64,000 bases of DNA from Clostridia bacterium (lineage in GTDB: Bacteria; Bacillota; Clostridia; Christensenellales; Aristaeellaceae): positions 87,808 through 151,807 of the forward strand of contig JAFUGS010000020.1 in NCBI GenBank assembly GCA_017469265.1. Direction: 5' to 3'. A model generated the notes under the pieces. It searched no databases. It was given only the letters and a program-made list of their open reading frames with translations, and was not told where the DNA came from. Below are positions 47,036 through 53,488 of the stretch, in pieces. The position numbers and the translations under genes are program-made. How positions within the stretch are numbered: the stretch's first letter is position 1; each line of letters opens with the position of its first letter.

Positions 47036-48330
47036 TTTCCGCCTCCTGTCCGCGCGGCGTCATCTGCCGCGCCATCCCGCTCCAGCGCCTCCAGCGTTTC
47101 CCAGAAGCGGGGAAAGGATTTTTCCGTACATTCAGCCCCGTCAATGATCACGGGTGCCGCGCATCCCGCCGCGGCCACCGCCGCGGCCATGGCGATCCGA
47201 TGATCGTTGGACGCGTCCACCCGGCCGCCCGCCAGCCTGTCTTTTCCGTGGATCAGCAGCCCGTCCGCGGTTTCCCGGATGTCGGCGCCCAGCGCGGAAA
47301 GCATGGCGGTCGTCGTCCGCAGCCGGTCCGATTCCTTCAGCCGAAGCCGCTCCGCGTGGACGATCCGGGTTTCCCCTTCCGCCAGCGAGGCGGCCACCGC
47401 CAGGATCGGTACCAGATCCGGGATCCCCGAGGCATCGATTTCCATGCCCCGCATCCGACCGGGGCGAACCGTGATTTCCGTCTCCTCTTCGCGCACATCC
47501 GCTCCGAAAGCCCGCATCAGGGGAAGCATTCGCCGGTCTCCCTGCCGGGACAGAAGGTTCATTCCCCGGACGGTGATCCCGTTCCCGCCCAGGGCGCCCA
47601 GCGCCAGAAAGAAGGCGGCGGAGGACCAGTCCCGCTCCACCTGAAGGACGGACGGGCTCTCTCCGCGTTTTTCCCCCGCGGGAAAGCGGTAGCGCCAGCC
47701 CTGTTTTTCAAATCGCCAGCCAAAGAGAGACAGCGCGTCCTCCGTCATGGCGATATAATCCGCGGACTCAATCCGGTCCGTAACCTCCAGCACACTTTCC
47801 CCCGCCAGCAGCGGCAGGGCAAACAGAAGCCCGGACACATACTGGGAGGAAATGTTTCCCGGGATCCGGTACGCGCCGGCCCGCAGCCGGCCGTCGCAGA
47901 AAAGCAGGTTCCCATCCCGCCGCAGCGACATGCCGTTCTCCGTCAGCAGATCCCACAGGGGCTGCAGCGGCCGCTCCGGCAGCCGGCCCTCCATGCGGAA
48001 GACCGCCGATCTTCCCAGCGCGCCGACCACCGGCAGGAGGAAACGCAGCGTGGAGCCGCTTTCCCCGCAGGGCAGCTCCGCCGCCCCTTCCGTGTGCCGC
48101 CCGGGAACCGCAGGGGTTACCCGGATGCGGTCACCCGCCCGCGATATACCCGCTCCCAGGGCCCCCAGGCAGTCCATCGTCGCCTGAATATCCCTGGATA
48201 TGCCATCGCACCGCAGTTCCGCCGCGTTCTGCCCCAGGGCGGCGCAGATCAGCAGCCGGTGCGCCCGGGACTTGGACGCCGGAATCTCCACGCTGCCGGT
48301 CCGTCCGCCCGGCTGGATTGCCTGAATCAT
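47032..48330 (-). CDS. aroA: 3-phosphoshikimate 1-carboxyvinyltransferase (EPSP synthase)
   Basis: PASKS, CGESGSTLRF, SSQYVSG, DWSSAAF, PDLVP, RLKESDR, DHRIAM, KSFPRFW. Confidence 0.95.
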   Translation of the reverse strand: MIQAIQPGGRTGSVEIPASKSRAHRLLICAALGQNAAELRCDGISRDIQATMDCLGALGAGISRAGDRIRVTPAVPGRHTEGAAELPCGESGSTLRFLLPVVGALGRSAVFRMEGRLPERPLQPLWDLLTENGMSLRRDGNLLFCDGRLRAGAYRIPGNISSQYVSGLLFALPLLAGESVLEVTDRIESADYIAMTEDALSLFGWRFEKQGWRYRFPAGEKRGESPSVLQVERDWSSAAFFLALGALGGNGITVRGMNLLSRQGDRRMLPLMRAFGADVREEETEITVRPGRMRGMEIDASGIPDLVPILAVAASLAEGETRIVHAERLRLKESDRLRTTTAMLSALGADIRETADGLLIHGKDRLAGGRVDASNDHRIAMAAAVAAAGCAAPVIIDGAECTEKSFPRFWETLEALERDGAADDAARTGGGK

Positions 48331-49388
48331 TGCACCCCTCCCTGGCGAAGCCACGTGCCGATCTCCCCGGTGGGGATGCTGACGATCTCGCACCGGCCGA
48401 TGCCAGTGGGCACCACGATGCGGATGTTCTTCCCCGTAGCCTTCTTGTCAGCCAGGCAGGCCTCCGTCATCGCCTCCGCCGGCCAGGAGGCTTCCGTGGG
48501 CAGCCCGTACTGACGGATCAGCCGGATCAGCGCGTCACGATCCTCCGCCGCCAGCAGCCCCCGCGCGCAGGCGCTCCGGGCCATGACGGCCATGCCCATG
48601 GCGACCCCCTGCCCATGCAGGATGGAAAAGCCGCTGCAGGCCTCGCAGGCATGCCCGAAGGTGTGACCAAAGTTCAGCATCATGCGCAGCCCCCGGTCAT
48701 ATTCGTCCTGAAGTACGTAATCTCTTTTCATTTCCACGCAGGTGGCGATGACCTTCTCCAGCTGGTCACGGACCGGTTTTCCCCCCAGGCTGCGGAAGAA
48801 GTCCGCGTCCCCGATCATGCCGTACTTGATCACCTCCGCGCAGCCGCAGCGGTATTCCTCCTCCGGCAGCGTTCCCAGGGTTTCCGGGTCACAGATCACC
48901 GCCCGGGGCTGGTAAAAGGCCCCAACCTGGTTTTTTCCCGACTTCAGATCCACCGCGGTTTTTCCCCCGACGGAGGAGTCCACCATGGCCAGCAGGGTGG
49001 TCGGAATCTGCACATAGTCAATCCCCCGCTGATACGTGGCGGCGGCGAAGCCCCCCAGGTCGCCCACGACCCCGCCGCCCAGCGCCGCCAGCGCGTCGCC
49101 CCGGGTCAGGCGTAGGCCGCACATGTTTTCCAGCACGTCCTGCCAGGTCCCGATGGTTTTATGCTTCTCCCCATGGGGCATCACATAAAGAAAAACCTGA
49201 ATCCCGGCATCCCGGAGCGATGCCGCTGTCTTTTCCGCGTACAGCGGCGCCACGTGATCGTCCGTCAGCAGGAAAACCCGCTCCGCCCGGGGACAGACCT
49301 CCCGCAGGATGCTCCCCGTCCGGGCCAGGGCACCGCCTTCCATCCATACTTCATACGCGCTGGAGGCGGGAATCATGATTCGTTTCAT
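48327..49388 (-). CDS. aroB: 3-dehydroquinate synthase
   Basis: GEKHK, GGGVVGDLGGF, PTTLLAMVDSSVGGKT, EVIKY, LNFGHTFGH, HGQGVAMG. Confidence 0.96.
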   Translation of the reverse strand: MKRIMIPASSAYEVWMEGGALARTGSILREVCPRAERVFLLTDDHVAPLYAEKTAASLRDAGIQVFLYVMPHGEKHKTIGTWQDVLENMCGLRLTRGDALAALGGGVVGDLGGFAAATYQRGIDYVQIPTTLLAMVDSSVGGKTAVDLKSGKNQVGAFYQPRAVICDPETLGTLPEEEYRCGCAEVIKYGMIGDADFFRSLGGKPVRDQLEKVIATCVEMKRDYVLQDEYDRGLRMMLNFGHTFGHACEACSGFSILHGQGVAMGMAVMARSACARGLLAAEDRDALIRLIRQYGLPTEASWPAEAMTEACLADKKATGKNIRIVVPTGIGRCEIVSIPTGEIGTWLRQGGVQ

Positions 49389-49422
49389 CGTCCGTACCGC
49401 TCCTCTTCGCCGCGTTTGACAC

Positions 49423-49442
49423 GCGCGTTCAAAACAACGCGC
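49423..49442. promoter_or_regulatory. Inverted repeat, candidate operator of the aro operon
   Basis: GCGCGTT-6 nt-AACGCGC starting 2 nt downstream of the -10 box. Confidence 0.55.
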
Positions 49443-49444
49443 AA

Positions 49445-49474
49445 ATTGTAACATAAACCGGTCCCGGAAAACAA
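49445..49474 (-). promoter_or_regulatory. Putative sigma-70 promoter for the aro operon
   Basis: Minus strand TTGTTT-18 nt-TACAAT with extended -10 TG. Confidence 0.6.
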
Positions 49475-49537
49475 GGAAGCCCCTGCACTTCCCTTGTTTC
49501 TTCAGAAAAGCGGCGGCGAAAAAAACGCCGCCAAAAT

Positions 49538-49566
49538 TTCACAAGCGCTCAAATCTGTGGTATACT
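49538..49566 (+). promoter_or_regulatory. Sigma-70 promoter for the maf-mre operon
   Basis: TTCACA-17 nt-TATACT with extended -10 TG. Confidence 0.65.
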
Positions 49567-49599
49567 GTTCGGGTATCCTTTTTGGGAGGTGCTTTTGTC

Positions 49600-50169
49600 G
49601 TGCCCGTTTCCCTGGTTCTGGCCTCCTCCTCGCCCCGCCGCCAGGAGCTTCTGACCCTGGCCCGGATCCCTTACGAGGTGGACGCGCCGGAGGTGGATGA
49701 ATCCTGTGACCTGCCGATCGCGGAGGCCGTGGCCGAGCTGAGCCGGCGCAAGGCTTCCGCCGCGCTTTCGCTGCATCCGGGCCGCTTTGTTCTGGCCGCG
49801 GACACCCTCGTCGCCCTGGATGGGGAAAAGCTGGGCAAGCCCGCCTCCGAGGCGGAAGCCTGCGCCATGCTGCGCCGTCTGTCCGGCCGGACCCATACGG
49901 TCTGCACCGGGGTTACGGTGGTGGATCCCCAGGGCATCCTCCGCACGGAAGTGGATACCTCCCTTGTCACCTTCGACCCCATGCGGGAGGAGGAAATCCA
50001 GGCCTATGTCGCCACCGGGGAGCCCATGGACAAAGCCGGCGCCTACGCGGTGCAGGGCCAGACCGCCCTGTGGGTCCGCCGCCTGGAAGGCAGTCCTTCC
50101 GGCGTCATGGGGCTTCCGCTGGACCTGGTCCGGCGGCTGCTGGAACAAAGCGGTTATTCCTTTTTCTGA
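49600..50169 (+). CDS. maf: Maf family nucleotide pyrophosphatase
   Basis: GTG start after SD GGGAGG. LVLASSSPRRQELL, AADT, GKP, HTVCTG, DKAGAYAVQG. Confidence 0.93.
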   Translation: MPVSLVLASSSPRRQELLTLARIPYEVDAPEVDESCDLPIAEAVAELSRRKASAALSLHPGRFVLAADTLVALDGEKLGKPASEAEACAMLRRLSGRTHTVCTGVTVVDPQGILRTEVDTSLVTFDPMREEEIQAYVATGEPMDKAGAYAVQGQTALWVRRLEGSPSGVMGLPLDLVRRLLEQSGYSFF

Positions 50170-50202
50170 AACGCATTCTGAACGGTAGAAAGGAAACAAC
50201 GC

Positions 50203-51234
50203 ATGCCTTTTGCGGCTCCTGATATTGGTATCGATCTGGGCACCTCCAACACCTGCGTCTACGTGCGCGGCCGGGGCATCGTGGTGAACGAGCCCACCCT
50301 GGTGGCGGTGGAGCGGGAAAGCCGGCACACCGTGAAAGCGGTGGGCGATGAGGCCCGCTTTCTCTACGGCCGCAGCCCCGATCAGCTCATGACCATCTCC
50401 CCCCTGCGCAACGGCCAGGTTTCGGATTTTGACATGACCGAGCTGCTGCTGAAGTATTTTATCCGGAAAGCCATCGGCATCAGCTACCTGAACAAGCCCC
50501 GGGCCATCGTTTCCGTCCCCTGCGGGCTGGATGACGTCAACCGGAAGGCCCTGACCTCTGCCGTCCGCTACGCCGGCGCCCGGCACGTTTTTCTGATCGA
50601 AAAGCCTTTTGCCGGCGCCATCGGCACCGGTCTGCCGGTCTATGATCCGGTGGGCAACATGGTGGTGGACATCGGCGCCGGGACAACGGACATCGCCGTC
50701 ATTTCCCTGGGCGGCCTGGTGGTTTCCCAGAGCGTTCCCATCGGTGGGGACCGGATGGATGAAGCGCTGATGAATTACCTCAAACGGGAATGCAACATCA
50801 TCGTCGGCCGGCAGACAGCGGAAAAGGTCAAGAAGGATCTGGCCACCGCCATGCCCCTGGAGGAACCCCGTTCCATCCTGGTTCGCGGGATCAACCAGCT
50901 GAACACCTCCGCCGGGACGATCTCCTTCACCTCGGACCAAGCCTACGCCGCTGTCCGGGAGCCCTGCGCCGGTATTATCAAGGCCATCCGCCAGGTACTG
51001 GAAAAAACGCCGCCGGAGCTCTGCGCCGACATCATGCGCGGCGGCATCCATCTGACCGGCTGCGGCAGCATGCTTTTCGCCCTGGATCAGTATATTTCTG
51101 AAAAGCTGGATATTCCCGTGCTGCTGGCCCGGGATCCCGGGGACTGCTGCATCCTGGGCATCGGATACCTGACCGAGAACATCCAGCTGGTTACGCCCCA
51201 GGATAAGCGTTCCGTTCCCGTCGCGCAGGGATAA
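50203..51234 (+). CDS. mreB: Rod shape-determining actin homologue MreB (divergent nucleotide pocket)
   Basis: IDLGTSNT, NEPTLVA, DIGAGTTDIAVISLGG, GGDRMDEA, AEKVK, TPPELCADI. Located directly upstream of mreC. Confidence 0.93.
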   Translation: MPFAAPDIGIDLGTSNTCVYVRGRGIVVNEPTLVAVERESRHTVKAVGDEARFLYGRSPDQLMTISPLRNGQVSDFDMTELLLKYFIRKAIGISYLNKPRAIVSVPCGLDDVNRKALTSAVRYAGARHVFLIEKPFAGAIGTGLPVYDPVGNMVVDIGAGTTDIAVISLGGLVVSQSVPIGGDRMDEALMNYLKRECNIIVGRQTAEKVKKDLATAMPLEEPRSILVRGINQLNTSAGTISFTSDQAYAAVREPCAGIIKAIRQVLEKTPPELCADIMRGGIHLTGCGSMLFALDQYISEKLDIPVLLARDPGDCCILGIGYLTENIQLVTPQDKRSVPVAQG

Positions 51235-51335
51235 TGCCTGCCGTCGTTTCTCGTACGCGTTCACGCAGAGGGACCGGGTCCGCCCGGACTGTCCGTCCCG
51301 CACTGCCGGAAACACCTGAAAGGAGGTGAACCGCC

Positions 51336-52844
51336 ATGGCCCGTTTCAAGCTCCGCCCCCGGGAAAAAAGTAAGGATTCCCGACCCACCGTATCCGATGA
51401 TTTTATCTATGACGAGCCCCGGGCGGCGGATGCCTCCATCGCTTCAGACACGCCGGAGGAAGCGCTGAAAAAGCTCCGGGGGGGCAATCCCCCTCCGAAG
51501 GATCCCGCGTCCGCGGAACCGGAGACGGAGGAAACCCCTTCCGCGAAATCCCCAAAATCCTTTGACGCTTTCCGGAAAAAGACCCGGACCGCCTCTCCTG
51601 TCCAGCTGGATGACGATCTGCAGCCCATTCCCTCCCACCGCCGCGGGGGCGGGCATCCCCGGCTCCGCGTCTTCTTCCTGGTGCTGATCACCTTTGTGCT
51701 GCTCCTGTTTGTAGGGGCCTACGTCTACCACCGGATCATTCCCGCCGCCCCCTATCTGGGGGATCCGGAGATCATGGTGGGCGAGGCGGTTTCCCCCGTA
51801 CAGGAATTTTTCTCTTCCCTGACGGAAACCGTGGCGGGGCTCTTCCGCTCCTATAAGCTGCGCTCCAACATCGAGGCGGAATACAACGCCCTTCGGGCGG
51901 AAAATGAGCAGCTGGTATATAAAGCCATGCTGGCGGACGAACTGCAGCAGACGCTCTCCCAATATGAGGACCTCAGCGATGAGATTGCAGCCAACGCGAA
52001 CATGCAGCCCATTGTCTGCACGGTCATCGGAAAGTCCGATTCCAATTATTTTTCCACCTTTACCATCAACAAGGGCTCGGATGACGGGTTGGAGGATTAC
52101 ATGGCCGTCACCATCTCCGGCTCCCTCGTGGGCTATACGGAGAGCGTCCAGCCCTCCTCCGCCACCGTACGGACCATCATCGACTCCGAGGCTTCCATCG
52201 CCGCGCTGATTTCCTCCTCCCGGGATCAGGGCACCGTCCGCGGTACCCTGGGTATCGACGGCACCGCCATGTGCCGCATGTATTACCTGCCGGATGACAA
52301 TCTTCCCCGTCCCGGGGACACGGTGGTCACAAGCGGTGTCGGCATGTCCTTCCCCAAGGGGATCCCCATCGGCACCGTCCGGGAAAGCACCCGCGGGATG
52401 GACTCCAACAAGCAGTACATCGTGCTGGAGCCCCTGGCGGATTTCCAGCATCTGGAGTACGTTATCGTTCTTCGCTATAAGCCCGTGGCGGAGGCCATAC
52501 AGGGCCGGGAAAACGGCCGGACCAACGTGGAGCTGGTACCGCTGGAAAGCGCCCGGCCCTCGCCCGAGGTTCCGCAGATCGCCTCTTCCCTCTTCGAGTC
52601 TCAGACGACCCCGGATCCGAACGCGACGCCCACTCCCTCCCCGGAACCTACGGAGACGCCGGAACCCACGCCGGAGCCCACGCCGATTCCCACCCCCACG
52701 CCGGAAATCCACAACCTGGAATATCAGGTGGTAAATCCCAGGGGAGAACCGACGCCCACGCCTACGCCTTCCCCGGTGCCGACGCCCACGCCCTATATCA
52801 CCCCGGACCCGGATACCATGACCTTCGAGGAGGACGACGGATGA
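51336..52844 (+). CDS. mreC: Rod shape-determining protein MreC with long N- and C-terminal extensions
   Basis: TM helix, coiled coil (ALRAENEQL), FTINKGSDDG, LVG, DTVVTSGVGMSFPKGIPIGTV, LEPLADFQHLEYVIV. 502 aa. Confidence 0.92.
   Translation: MARFKLRPREKSKDSRPTVSDDFIYDEPRAADASIASDTPEEALKKLRGGNPPPKDPASAEPETEETPSAKSPKSFDAFRKKTRTASPVQLDDDLQPIPSHRRGGGHPRLRVFFLVLITFVLLLFVGAYVYHRIIPAAPYLGDPEIMVGEAVSPVQEFFSSLTETVAGLFRSYKLRSNIEAEYNALRAENEQLVYKAMLADELQQTLSQYEDLSDEIAANANMQPIVCTVIGKSDSNYFSTFTINKGSDDGLEDYMAVTISGSLVGYTESVQPSSATVRTIIDSEASIAALISSSRDQGTVRGTLGIDGTAMCRMYYLPDDNLPRPGDTVVTSGVGMSFPKGIPIGTVRESTRGMDSNKQYIVLEPLADFQHLEYVIVLRYKPVAEAIQGRENGRTNVELVPLESARPSPEVPQIASSLFESQTTPDPNATPTPSPEPTETPEPTPEPTPIPTPTPEIHNLEYQVVNPRGEPTPTPTPSPVPTPTPYITPDPDTMTFEEDDG
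52606..52815 (+). repeat. Pro/Thr-rich low-complexity repeat inside mreC
   Basis: Encodes TPDPNATPTPSPEPTETPEPTPEPTPIPTPTP and EPTPTPTPSPVPTPTPYITPDP. Confidence 0.9.
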
Positions 52845-53455
52845 AAAAGCTGCTTCGCCGTCTCTTTCAACCGGGTTCTTTCCGGAAATATTTTGTGTTT
52901 GTGCTGATGCTGCCCCTGGGTTTTCTCTGCCAGGTCTGCGTCATGCCCTATGTGCGCCCCTTCGGCGTCACCCCTAATCTGCTTTATGTGCATATCGCCA
53001 TCATCACCGTTGCCTACGGGCGGCTCCAGGCCTTCTGGGCCGGGCTGGTCTACGGCTTCCTGATGGAAATCCGCCTGCCCTCCGTGCCTTTTGTGCAGCT
53101 GGCCATCTATCCCCTTTCCAGCCTGTTCGTCTCCTTTGCCTTCGCGGACAAATCCCTCCGCCGGCTGCAGATGGACCGGGCCCTGAAGCGGAAATCCCGG
53201 GAGATGCCTCCCCTGCTGCGGACGGTGCTCTGCGCCATGGTAAATGTGCTGGTCTACGAAATCATCAATGTTGTTTACATCTATCTGGGGGGTACCAGCC
53301 TGAGCCCGCAGCATTTTATCCGGGCACTGCTGGATGTGATCGAAACCGGCGCGCTGGCCTTTTTCGTGGCCCTGGTGCTGCGTCCGGTCATCCTGGGCCG
53401 GCAGAAGCCGGAACCGGTGCTGAAAAATCAGCCCATCGTCTTTGGAAAAAAGTAA
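52841..53455 (+). CDS. mreD: Rod shape-determining protein MreD-like membrane protein
   Basis: Hydrophobic, with PNLLYVHIAIITVAYG...AGLVYGFLME. ATGA-coupled to mreC and followed by the PBP gene. Confidence 0.75.
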   Translation: MKKLLRRLFQPGSFRKYFVFVLMLPLGFLCQVCVMPYVRPFGVTPNLLYVHIAIITVAYGRLQAFWAGLVYGFLMEIRLPSVPFVQLAIYPLSSLFVSFAFADKSLRRLQMDRALKRKSREMPPLLRTVLCAMVNVLVYEIINVVYIYLGGTSLSPQHFIRALLDVIETGALAFFVALVLRPVILGRQKPEPVLKNQPIVFGKK

Positions 53456-53488
53456 CCCCCGCGGGAACCATTCTCTCAGGAAAGGAGC

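Noticed and set aside
27975-51259. Shared 9-mer TCGTACGCG in the GH31 leader and the mreB-mreC spacer
   Set aside because: A single 9-mer match between unrelated loci is plausible by chance in 64 kb.
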